64,000 nt of DNA, taken from the sequence record LC592711.1; one strand, written 5' to 3'. Made by a program: the position numbers and the translations under genes. This document shows, in pieces, positions 10,436-19,428 of this stretch (positions within the stretch are counted from its first letter, which is position 1; every line of letters begins with the position of its first letter). Below the pieces are notes generated by a model. The model searched no databases. It was given only the letters and a program-made list of their open reading frames with translations, and was not told the DNA's origin.

Positions 10436-11359
10436 ATGGAGTGGGATAAAATGTTGATTGTCGATAAAGAAGTTGATCTCAGCTTGTGGGATGCAGCCGG
10501 GTTTTTCCGGCTGCTTTCTTGCTTGGAAGAAAATGAAATCGATGAATACAAGCAGTACAATGATTCATTGATAGGCATGCGTTATCTCAATATAATGCCA
10601 ACACAGCAAAACGACATCAGTGGCGTTTATGTGATGTATTTCAAATCAAACAGTAAGTTCTATATCGGAAGTAGTCGAAAATGTGCCGGTCGCATCGCGG
10701 TCCATCACAACTACATGAAAGCCGGAAGACATCAAAACGTTAGAATCGTTCAAGCATATCGTGAAAATCATCAGTGTAAGCCAGAAGTGATTTTTATCGA
10801 TACGTATACTGAGGAACGAGCTCGTCATGTCGAACAGCGACTGATTGACCTCGTCTTTCTGGATCCGTACTGTCTGAATCAGCGTCAGATGGTCGAGGAA
10901 TATCGTCCTTCCACTGAATCGACTCGCGAGAAGCTTCAGTCATCTGCAAAGCGACAATGGCAGGATCCGAATTTCAAGAAAAAGATTAAAAAGATTTATT
11001 CTGATCCGAACCATCGTGAACGTAGAATCGCCAACGGCAAGAAACTCACGGAAGATCCGGAGTACATGAAGAAGCTCAGCGATGCCTCTAAGAAGCTCTG
11101 GGAAGATCCAGAATACGCTGAGAAGATCAAGAGGTCTGGTTCTGCGGTCTGGGACGACGAAGCCTTCAAAGAGCGTCATAAGGCAGCCATGAAGGCTAAG
11201 TGGGCCGATCCTGAATACAAAGCTCGCGTGGTTGGTAAACGTGCTGAGGCTCAACGTAAACCCGTTACGATTAATGGAGTCCAGTATTCTCATGCAAAAG
11301 CAGCTGCACAAGCGCTAGGTATGAGCGAGACTTCGGTTCGCCGCAAATGCGACAAATAA
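10436..11359 (+). mobile_element. Free-standing GIY-YIG homing endonuclease (Seg-like)
   Basis: SGVYVMYF...FYIGSS...R catalytic motif, conserved E and N, about six W/L-x-DP(E/N)(Y/F) helical repeats, C-terminal HTH (VTINGVQYSHAKAAAQALGMS). Confidence 0.82.
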
Positions 11360-11405
11360 AAAGCAATAAGCCGTCGGGATATAGTGACTCTATAGGGGAT
11401 TGATC

Positions 11406-11894
11406 ATGACCATAGTCTTGAGACATATCTCGTTGGATGATCTACATCTCGACGAGCTGCTGTTTTCGCCGTATCCGTACGAACAACAGATGGTGAAGTA
11501 CATCACTGCTGACGGACGACAACTTACGCCGAATGATGCTTCTGAAGTTGGTACCATGAAGCAGTTCGGTACGATCAAAATCGAAGGCATGGAAAAGATC
11601 TCGAAGAAGGTCTTTGATGCTATCAAGAAGTTCTCGCATGATGGTCCTTTGACCTGTCATGTCTTTATCGCAGCTGAAGGTGCCCCCAGTTTTCCGGATC
11701 ACACCGATCCGGACGACGTCATGCTTTATGTCGTCGATGGAATAAAAACAGTGATCATCGATGGTACGGTCCATGTTCTGAACGCCGGACAGTCCATCTA
11801 TATTCCTGCTGGTGTGGTACACCGTGCAATCAACACTTCCTCCTCAGTGATGATGAGCATCGGCTTTGAATCTTACATTGTGGAGAAACTTTAA
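11406..11894 (+). CDS. JmjC/cupin-type 2OG-Fe(II) oxygenase
   Basis: CHVFIA...SFPDHTDPDDVMLYVVDGIKT...LNAGQSIYIPAGVVHRA gives an HxD...H facial triad, as in ribosomal oxygenase-like cupins; in-frame TTG at 11400, ATG at 11406. Confidence 0.75.
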   Translation: MTIVLRHISLDDLHLDELLFSPYPYEQQMVKYITADGRQLTPNDASEVGTMKQFGTIKIEGMEKISKKVFDAIKKFSHDGPLTCHVFIAAEGAPSFPDHTDPDDVMLYVVDGIKTVIIDGTVHVLNAGQSIYIPAGVVHRAINTSSSVMMSIGFESYIVEKL

Positions 11895-11896
11895 AA

Positions 11897-12961
11897 ATGC
11901 ATCGCACGGTATATATCAAAACAACGGAAGCGTGCAATCTGAACTGCAAGCATTGCTTTACCGGGGGCAGTCAACCGAAGCGTGAATTCCTCGACGTGGA
12001 AAGAACGATCGACTGGGTTCGACGTCTGTTTGAACACTTGAGTTTCGAGGACCACACGCATTTCGAACTCCACGGTGGTGAGCCGTTCCTCCTGCCCGTC
12101 AAGCAGTTGAAGGAACTGACTAAAGGTATTCGTACCTGGGGTCCGGTCAAGCACTCGATTGGTGCGACCACGAATCTGGTTTACAAGTTGACGGATGAAC
12201 TCCTCTGGTTCATCCGCAACGATCTGGAAAGCATCGGCACGTCCTGGGATCCGGATATCCGATTCAAGAACGACAAGCAGTACCAGCTGTGGTGGGAGAA
12301 CATGAAGACCATCACGAATCACTGTGATGTCACACTGAACGTGAGTGTCTCCCGCAAGCTGACGGAAATGAACGTCAGCGATCTGCTGATGTATCTGCGT
12401 GACACCGGTGCTTCCAAGGTGCAATTCGAACGCATCACCCAGAACGGGAACGCGAAGAAGAATCTGGCTCTTTTCCCCACGAATGCAGAAATCAACGACT
12501 GGTATCTGCGCCTGCACAACGCGTCCGAGAAGTTGAATGCTCGCGACTGGTTTTACAACGCAGCACTGGAAGACGTGTATGCAAAATTCGAAAATGGCAA
12601 TGCTTGCTCTGGCACGTTCTGTCGGAATTGCGAAGAGACCATCTTTACGCTCAACGCGGACGGCAGCATTGGGGGTTGCGCCAATTCGGCGCCAGAGGAA
12701 TCCTTTGGACACATCGACATGGACATCGGAGAACTCTTCGACGCCACTGGACGAATCGATAACATTGTTAAAGAGCGCATGCGCAACGAGCAGTGTTACG
12801 TTTGCCCTGTGGCCGCTCATTGCGGTGGTGATTGCCACCGACTGGCTTGGGAAGGCGATGTGTGTGCAGCACCCCGGCAGCTGATGAAGAAGCTCGCTGG
12901 TTTGCCGCTCGACGCACCCGAAGTCCAACCGAAACGTATCATTCCCATCATGGTGGTTTAA
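11897..12961 (+). CDS. Radical SAM/SPASM protein 1 (peptide-maturase type)
   Basis: CNLNCKHC (CxxxCxxC), HGGEPFL, SPASM cysteines CSGTFCRNC...GGC...CYVCPVAAHCGGDC...C. Confidence 0.9.
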   Translation: MHRTVYIKTTEACNLNCKHCFTGGSQPKREFLDVERTIDWVRRLFEHLSFEDHTHFELHGGEPFLLPVKQLKELTKGIRTWGPVKHSIGATTNLVYKLTDELLWFIRNDLESIGTSWDPDIRFKNDKQYQLWWENMKTITNHCDVTLNVSVSRKLTEMNVSDLLMYLRDTGASKVQFERITQNGNAKKNLALFPTNAEINDWYLRLHNASEKLNARDWFYNAALEDVYAKFENGNACSGTFCRNCEETIFTLNADGSIGGCANSAPEESFGHIDMDIGELFDATGRIDNIVKERMRNEQCYVCPVAAHCGGDCHRLAWEGDVCAAPRQLMKKLAGLPLDAPEVQPKRIIPIMVV

Positions 12962-12967
12962 GGAAAT

Positions 12968-13528
12968 ATGAGTACATATCGCACAGACGTCGACGCCGTA
13001 GCCCAGGCGTACGTACGTAACCAGGTGAACGGGAGTATCAATCCGTTCCGCTCGGACTGGGCACCGGGCTACACGAACACCGGCTTGCTGGGCTGGATCT
13101 CGCAAGATCCCCCTGCATCGCATCCGTCGTCCAATGGCGAACTCAGCACTGCCGGTAACACGATGGTGACCAACCAGGTTCGCAATGCGATGATTGACCT
13201 GGGCAACTACTACGGCTGGATCGCCAAGGGCCACTACGGTCTGCAGTCGACCAACCAGAGCGGCGCGAACTACTTGCAATACGAGGGCTACGGCTACTTC
13301 GTGTTCAACGGTGCAGCGCCTGGTGCTCAGGATCATGCGAACCGCGTGGCGGCAGATCTGAACACCGCTGGGACGATGAACGGCACGATTCGTTATCAGT
13401 CGCTCATCGACTTCTACAACTTCGCGTGGAGCATCATCTGGAATCGTAAGGACGACCTGCAAGTCGAACTCACGGTTTGCCATTCGTCGTGCCACACTTC
13501 GTGCCACGGCTCCCGCGGTCGTCGTTAA
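12968..13528 (+). CDS. Putative radical SAM substrate protein with C-terminal (CHxS)3-RGRR motif
   Basis: Ends VCHSSCHTSCHGSRGRR; all three Cys of the protein lie in this tail; strong RBS (aagga), 6 nt after the rSAM1 stop. Confidence 0.65.
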   Translation: MSTYRTDVDAVAQAYVRNQVNGSINPFRSDWAPGYTNTGLLGWISQDPPASHPSSNGELSTAGNTMVTNQVRNAMIDLGNYYGWIAKGHYGLQSTNQSGANYLQYEGYGYFVFNGAAPGAQDHANRVAADLNTAGTMNGTIRYQSLIDFYNFAWSIIWNRKDDLQVELTVCHSSCHTSCHGSRGRR

Positions 13529-13538
13529 GGAGAAGAAC

Positions 13539-14606
13539 ATGATCAATCTGTTCGATCGTGTCTATCTGCGACACGACAACGTTCTCGCTCGTGGTGAAGG
13601 TCAGAAGAAGCTGATCATCAGCCCGAAAGTCAAAGAGATCGCGTACGTCACTGATGCACTTCAGCAACAACAAGCTGGCATCCTCGGCACGTACGAGACG
13701 CTCGCCGACGCCATCCATTACGCTGGCGACATCAACGCGTTCTGGGGACAGCTGCGCACCAAGGCGAAGATCGTCATCATCGCTGACCGTGTGACCGTCG
13801 CTACGCTGCTCGTACAGTACTGGAAGGCAATCTTCCAGAGCCCGTCGAAAGAAAGCCTGTATCTGCTGTACGAGATCATGGTGAACAACGAGAACCTGCA
13901 TTCGCACCGTCCGACGGAAAAGCGCACGCATCTGTTCTCGCCCAATTCGACGCCGGGCGATGTCGAAAAGCTCACGGAAGAAGAGTTCCAGGAAATCTTC
14001 GACAAGAACGAAGCGGCTCTGATCGACTTCTCGTCGGATGCTCAGCTGTCGAGCATTCCGTTTGAATATCTGCTGATGTCATATCTGGCAGATCCGAAGG
14101 ACGAGTTGGTGAAGCGAGTGCTCTTCCAGAAGCTCGACGGCATCATGCGCAGCAACATCGTCGCGAAGCTGATCGGCGGTCGTGAAGAACTCATGTTCGA
14201 ATCGCACAACTACTATCTGCTCACTTCGGATGGGCCGGAAGAACTGATCGTCGACCCGATCGGTTACATGAAGAAGAGCGGTCATCTGGCATGGGTCATG
14301 GACGAAGCATTCGTCTACGGCAACGAAGACGAGATCCTCGCGAAGTATTCACTGGATCAGATCAAGTTCTTCTTCGAACAGATCAAGCGTCTGGTGCTGG
14401 AAGATGAATCGATCTTCGTGGCGATCGACTGCGTGAAGAAGAAACAATTCGCGCGCCTGATCGAATACGACATCGACGATCATCAGGGTAACTTCTTCGG
14501 CACGGGTGCGTTCGTGAACAAGATCAACGGTCTGTTGGTTTCGTTCGCGTATCAACTCAAGCGCATGGGGAACGTGAATCTCCTGAAGCAGTACGAACTG
14601 AAGTAA
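13539..14606 (+). CDS. Hypothetical protein of the radical SAM island
   Basis: 355 aa, RBS aggag, tightly coupled to the substrate-like gene; no motif recognised. Confidence 0.7.
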   Translation: MINLFDRVYLRHDNVLARGEGQKKLIISPKVKEIAYVTDALQQQQAGILGTYETLADAIHYAGDINAFWGQLRTKAKIVIIADRVTVATLLVQYWKAIFQSPSKESLYLLYEIMVNNENLHSHRPTEKRTHLFSPNSTPGDVEKLTEEEFQEIFDKNEAALIDFSSDAQLSSIPFEYLLMSYLADPKDELVKRVLFQKLDGIMRSNIVAKLIGGREELMFESHNYYLLTSDGPEELIVDPIGYMKKSGHLAWVMDEAFVYGNEDEILAKYSLDQIKFFFEQIKRLVLEDESIFVAIDCVKKKQFARLIEYDIDDHQGNFFGTGAFVNKINGLLVSFAYQLKRMGNVNLLKQYELK

Positions 14607-14612
14607 TTCGAA

Positions 14613-14653
14613 TGCTGCCTGACTCCTTCGGGAGTCGGGTAGTATCTTTTTTT
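14613..14653 (+). terminator. Rho-independent terminator
   Basis: tgctgcctgactcc-ttcg-ggagtcgggtagta stem followed by a T-run. Confidence 0.75.
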
Positions 14654-14700
14654 CTATTGATAGGTATTCTTTTTTGACCTATCCCACTGAGGAATACGAA

Positions 14701-16068
14701 ATGAGCGAAGATAAGAAAACCGATGTCATTCTCGAACGTCCGGCCGATGGCACTGACGCTGTACGCGACGATGCATTCGTGAAGCCGTCGAAGATCGCGG
14801 ACGCAATGTTCAAAGGCACTGAAGGTGTTCGCATTGAACTCGACCGAGTAGCTGATGTGACTTACCATGGTCCGCTGGGATCGGAGAACATCGTCGATAA
14901 GGAAATTGATCGCAAGGTTCTGGGTGACGACCCGAAGCGGATCAACCATCAGCTGATGGAACAGCCCAAGCCGGTCGTCGAAGTACTGAGCGGTACGATC
15001 ACGCCTGAAGATCAGAAACTGGGTTATTCCTGGACGCTGAAGATGAAGGTCGGTGTGGACGAAGCTGGTAACAAGGAAGTCATCCACTCGGATTCGAAAT
15101 CGACGGACGGCCTGAAAGTCGTCAATGACGAACTGGTGTGGCCGAAAGCAGTCGAAGGCACGGAAATCAGCGAAAGCGGCAAAGTCGAAATGAATGTCGA
15201 ATTCGCCGGCGGCTGGGGTACAGAACTCCCGCCGCAAGAACAAACGCCTGAAGTCCAGACCGGCATTCCGGAAGACAAGCTGCGTGAAGTTACCGTGCCG
15301 TTCCCCGCCGACAAGATCCGTGAATACTTCCAGGACAAGTCGCTCTTCTTCATCGCGAACTACAGCGAATCGAAGCTGAAGGGCGGTGCTTTCCTGACGT
15401 ATCTGTCGAACATCAACATCCCGTCGGATGTGAAGTTCAATACGCCGATCGGCTACGACGAGTACGCTGAAGTCATGAAGGCGTACATGGAACAACCTGG
15501 CGTGATCAACTGCGCAGGTCTGCATGTGATGGCTGCTGAAATGCTGCTGTTCGCCAAGGGTCTGCCGTATGAGCGTTCGCCTTACGCTCTGCCGATCGAA
15601 GCTGCAATCGTCCAGCAGTTCATCGACAGCCACAAGGAAATGGTCGACAAGTGGTTGCACTTCATCGACTCGACGCAAGTGTTCGCTCTGCGTTCGATCA
15701 AGGCACTGAACGACTTCTACAATCCGGAGACTCGTTTCCCGGTCGTGGAAGATCGCAGCTACGTGGGCTGGAACATCGCCCAGCTGTTCCGTATCCCGGA
15801 ATTCATCGCCGTGTACTTCCAGATCGAAGGCGCGCAGTACAAGCTGTCGTACTTCAAGGACCAGTACGAAGAGTACATGTTCAAGAACGAGACGCTCGCC
15901 AAGTACTTCCAGTCGCAGAACAACTTCGCCGCGTTGTACTTCATGCACTATGCGTCGGGCCTGTTCCAGCCGGCGGACATCAATCACGGTCTGTTCCGTA
16001 TCGGCGTGTTCGATCCGGAAAGCGAATTCTTCGAGAAGACGCCGTATGACTTTAGCATTCAAGAGTGA
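14701..16068 (+). CDS. Hypothetical protein of the radical SAM island
   Basis: ATG 14701 after a gagga RBS, in the frame of ORF 14674..16068; acidic N-terminal third, aromatic-rich C-terminal domain; no motif recognised. Confidence 0.7.
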   Translation: MSEDKKTDVILERPADGTDAVRDDAFVKPSKIADAMFKGTEGVRIELDRVADVTYHGPLGSENIVDKEIDRKVLGDDPKRINHQLMEQPKPVVEVLSGTITPEDQKLGYSWTLKMKVGVDEAGNKEVIHSDSKSTDGLKVVNDELVWPKAVEGTEISESGKVEMNVEFAGGWGTELPPQEQTPEVQTGIPEDKLREVTVPFPADKIREYFQDKSLFFIANYSESKLKGGAFLTYLSNINIPSDVKFNTPIGYDEYAEVMKAYMEQPGVINCAGLHVMAAEMLLFAKGLPYERSPYALPIEAAIVQQFIDSHKEMVDKWLHFIDSTQVFALRSIKALNDFYNPETRFPVVEDRSYVGWNIAQLFRIPEFIAVYFQIEGAQYKLSYFKDQYEEYMFKNETLAKYFQSQNNFAALYFMHYASGLFQPADINHGLFRIGVFDPESEFFEKTPYDFSIQE

Positions 16069-16081
16069 TTCCAACTCTTCG

Positions 16082-17146
16082 ATGACGTTGAAGGACGCAT
16101 CCCAATACCACCTGAGCCTGAGCTTGGAATGGCTAAAGGGATGCCAGTTCAACTGTAAAGGGTGCCACGTCAATAAAAAGGTGGGGCTTCCCTTTACAGG
16201 CGACGATCTCGGTAATCTGAACCGGTGGCTTGATAGCATGCGGTGGAAAGGTAATTACTTGCCAACCATCGTGTTCTTGCAGCCCACTGACTTCCTGACT
16301 GCCGAGAATACCGCCGACATCCTGAAGAGTCCGTACACATACCCGACTCTGTCTGTGTTCAAACGTCTGTCGCTGCAATCGACGTTCCTGAACATGGACA
16401 ATGCCGTCGAGATCGCTTCGATCCTGAAGGCGCGGTTCTTTCACATGGAGTTGGAACTCAACTTCATCATCGAACCTGAGAAGGTAAACAACGAAAAGTA
16501 TCTCGACACGATCAAGGCTAACCGCGATCGTTTCATCGAGATGCTCGATTGGAAGAAGCACGTCGCATCCTTCGCCATCATGAACGTCTATGAGTACGAT
16601 CGGGTGAAGAAGAACGACGTGAAGAAGATCCTGGCTGATTACCAGGCACTTCATGACAAGATCGGGGAGAAGTTTGGTTCCACGATCGACTTCAACTTCT
16701 CCATGACTCGCAATCCGTGGTGGAGTAACGAAGACGTAGCCGATGCTGTACGTGGCGTCAGTCGAATCTTCGACGATGGAGTGGACAATGTTTTTAACCA
16801 GACGATCCGCTTCTCGTTTGGTAAGCTGGAAGACTCGTCCATCGAAAAGCATTACAACTGGCATCAAGGGCACTTGTATGTGTCGCCGATGATCTACGAG
16901 CGTATCGCATCGTTTCATCGGAAGCTTCAGATTCCACTCACGCTGTATTCCGTGTGGGAAACAGAAGACTTCGAGCGTCGGTTGTTGATCGATCAGTATC
17001 ACAACTCCGAAACCAAGACCGAGTGCAATTCGTGTCGATATCAAGCCTCTTGTATTGAGCGCAATGTCCTGACGTTTATGGACATGCACGAGATCAAGGA
17101 CTGCATCATCGCCCGCAAAGCTCTCGATGCCATTAACGTCATCTGA
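16082..17146 (+). CDS. Radical SAM protein 2 (divergent)
   Basis: CQFNCKGC motif near the N-terminus; C-terminal CNSCRYQASC...C cluster; ATG 16082 follows the upstream stop at 16068. Confidence 0.75.
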   Translation: MTLKDASQYHLSLSLEWLKGCQFNCKGCHVNKKVGLPFTGDDLGNLNRWLDSMRWKGNYLPTIVFLQPTDFLTAENTADILKSPYTYPTLSVFKRLSLQSTFLNMDNAVEIASILKARFFHMELELNFIIEPEKVNNEKYLDTIKANRDRFIEMLDWKKHVASFAIMNVYEYDRVKKNDVKKILADYQALHDKIGEKFGSTIDFNFSMTRNPWWSNEDVADAVRGVSRIFDDGVDNVFNQTIRFSFGKLEDSSIEKHYNWHQGHLYVSPMIYERIASFHRKLQIPLTLYSVWETEDFERRLLIDQYHNSETKTECNSCRYQASCIERNVLTFMDMHEIKDCIIARKALDAINVI

Positions 17147-17150
17147 GACG

Positions 17151-17180
17151 CATATGGAGTGGCCTAGGCCACTCCATATG
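17151..17180. repeat. Perfect 30-bp palindrome
   Basis: CATATGGAGTGGCCTAGGCCACTCCATATG is its own reverse complement. Confidence 0.9.
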
Positions 17181-17195
17181 TCCTGTGAGGAATGT

Positions 17196-18218
17196 ATGAA
17201 CAACGATATCCTGAATGAAATGCTGTCATCCAAAGTGCAAGACAGCACCGAGATCGAACACCACCTGTTCGAGTACTGCAACCTGAACTGCTCCTTCTGC
17301 GGACAGGATCATGACTCGAAAGTCGGTATGGAATCGATCATCGACAAAGCGCATAAGACCGTGGATTTCATCTTCCATTCGAAGAAGAAGAAACACACCA
17401 TCAACGTGATGGGTGGTGAGATCTTCAATGACAAGATCGAAACGAATGTTTTCCTGGACTACTACAAGTTCTACGAGATCATCGAAAAGGTCTGTCGCGA
17501 TCTCGGCGTGGAATTCCAGATCAACTGGGTCACCAATCTCATCTTCACGGAAAACCGTGAGATGGTGCAGTGGCTCATGAACAAGACGAAGGCGCATGCC
17601 AGGATCTCGACGTCGTACGACTTCGCTGGTCGTGGGCTGGACATCAATCGTTCACTGGTGTTCAAGCACAACCTGAATCTGTTCAAGGAGCATATCGGAG
17701 TCGTCGGTTTCGTTCTCACGAAGCCTGCTATCCGTAAACTCCTCAATAGCACGGACATGTTCTTCCAGACTGTCCTGTATCCGAACTTCCCGTTGTATTT
17801 CGACTGGTACGTACCGGAGAAGTCCTCGAACAAGATGATGCCATCTGAGCAAGAAATGCTCGATGCACTTCTCTTTGTCGCGGATAAGTATCCGAACATC
17901 GAGCCGGTTAAGTCCATGCTGGAGAACGAGCACAACAAAATGACGTGCTTCAGCCTGAACAAGACCACAATCCTGCCTGATGGCAAGGAAGTAACTTGTC
18001 GGTACCTCGAATACGACAAAGAAAAATTTAACAACGACATTGATTATTCGAGCAATGCCAACATCATCCAGGCTCACCTTGATAGAAACGAATGCTATTC
18101 GTGTAATTTTTACGACCGCTGTCAATTTCGGTGTTTCGTTCAAGCCGATTGGGCTGAACTCGAACGACTCCCCACCTGCTTCATCAAAACCTTTTTCGAG
18201 CGAACAGTCGGATCATGA
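17196..18218 (+). CDS. Radical SAM/SPASM protein 3
   Basis: CNLNCSFC, VMGGEIF, C-terminal CFS...ILPDG...TC...CYSCNFYDRCQFRC...C; ATG 17196 after gagg. Confidence 0.85.
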   Translation: MNNDILNEMLSSKVQDSTEIEHHLFEYCNLNCSFCGQDHDSKVGMESIIDKAHKTVDFIFHSKKKKHTINVMGGEIFNDKIETNVFLDYYKFYEIIEKVCRDLGVEFQINWVTNLIFTENREMVQWLMNKTKAHARISTSYDFAGRGLDINRSLVFKHNLNLFKEHIGVVGFVLTKPAIRKLLNSTDMFFQTVLYPNFPLYFDWYVPEKSSNKMMPSEQEMLDALLFVADKYPNIEPVKSMLENEHNKMTCFSLNKTTILPDGKEVTCRYLEYDKEKFNNDIDYSSNANIIQAHLDRNECYSCNFYDRCQFRCFVQADWAELERLPTCFIKTFFERTVGS

Positions 18219-18787
18219 AACTCATTCTCATCGCAGCTGAAGCAGCAAACAAGGTCATCGGTAACGACGGCAAAATGCCGTGGCATATCCCGGAAGACCT
18301 GTGGCACTTCAAGGAAGTGACGTCCGGCCAAGCTGTTATCATGGGTCGCAAGACCTGGGAATCGCTCGGCAGCAAGCCTCTTCCCAATCGCGCCAACGTA
18401 GTCGTATCGAAAACGCTCGGTCCTTTGGAAGGCGCCCATTCTGTTCGCAACTTCAGAACGGCTGTCAAGACGCTGATTGCGGCTGGTTATGATCGCGTTT
18501 ACGTTATTGGTGGCGAGTCGCTTTATCGTGCCGCTCTTCCGTGGGCGTCGAAGATCATCCTTACGAAGCTCTACAAGTCGTACAAGGGCGATACGCATTT
18601 CCCGGACATCGATCCTTTACAATGGACAGAATACGATAAAGTTGACGTACTCACTGAGGAAGGATACGGATATCTTCAGTTACGCCAAAATACTCACGAC
18701 ACACTTTCCCAGCCGTTCACGATTTACAAGTACATGAACGTCAACCAACCCGACGTCGCCAAATGGGTCGACCTCATCAAGGATTAA
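18215..18787 (+). CDS. folA: Dihydrofolate reductase
   Basis: IGNDGKMPWHIPEDLWHFK, VIMGRKTWESL, PLPNRANVVVS, VIGGESLY, GDTHFP. Confidence 0.9.
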   Translation: MKLILIAAEAANKVIGNDGKMPWHIPEDLWHFKEVTSGQAVIMGRKTWESLGSKPLPNRANVVVSKTLGPLEGAHSVRNFRTAVKTLIAAGYDRVYVIGGESLYRAALPWASKIILTKLYKSYKGDTHFPDIDPLQWTEYDKVDVLTEEGYGYLQLRQNTHDTLSQPFTIYKYMNVNQPDVAKWVDLIKD

Positions 18788-18789
18788 CA

Positions 18790-19428
18790 ATGGACATCAC
18801 ACTGGTCGCAGTCATGGGTGCCAATGGGGTCATCGGTTCCGGTAGCAACAAGCCGATGTTCGTCGCCCAACACGCCGCGTTTGTTAAGCAATACGCGCAG
18901 GGCAAACCGGTCATCATGGGTCGTAAGACTTACCAAGCTCTGGGTGGCGGTATCCCTGGCGCCGACAACTACGTCCTCACGCGCAACTTCGCTCTCAGTA
19001 TTGCTGCGTTCGACAATGTGACGACTGCACTGGCTCTGGACGGTGCTTTCATTTCTGCGTTCGAGCGGAAGATGGCGAATGAATTGGTGGTGCTCGGCGG
19101 CGCCGCGACGTTCCATGCGTTCTATCCGTGGGCGAACCGCATGCACATCACGCATATTCGCGAGAACATCGAAGGAGATCGTTTCTTCCCGAGCTATCCA
19201 GGATGGCGCCCCGGTCTCATCAACGATCGTTACGAACAAGGCGAAACGCAGTTCGAACGCATCGACTACCGGCGTGATGACTGGCACTACTATCCGAACG
19301 AGACCCCGGAAGACGTGAATACGCTTATCATCCTGAATGCTATTCGCACGCAACGCGGTTATCGTCCTCTGAAGACGGAACAACATGAACCACCCATCGC
19401 TGATCATCAAGCCGACGGAAGCGTGTAA
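18790..19428 (+). CDS. DHFR-fold protein, divergent (PW..D substrate motif lost)
   Basis: VIMGRKTYQAL, VLGGAATF, EGDRFFP retained; the PWxLPxD region reads PMFVAQH. Confidence 0.75.
   Translation: MDITLVAVMGANGVIGSGSNKPMFVAQHAAFVKQYAQGKPVIMGRKTYQALGGGIPGADNYVLTRNFALSIAAFDNVTTALALDGAFISAFERKMANELVVLGGAATFHAFYPWANRMHITHIRENIEGDRFFPSYPGWRPGLINDRYEQGETQFERIDYRRDDWHYYPNETPEDVNTLIILNAIRTQRGYRPLKTEQHEPPIADHQADGSV

Noticed and set aside
13478-13525. CHxxCH read as a c-type cytochrome heme motif
   Set aside because: Spacing is Cx3CH rather than the canonical CxxCH, and there is no signal peptide or maturation genes. Kept only as a minor alternative.
11891-16239. Long minus-strand ORFs (551 aa and 560 aa) opposite the radical SAM island
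   Set aside because: Antisense shadows; the plus-strand genes carry the motifs and the translational coupling.
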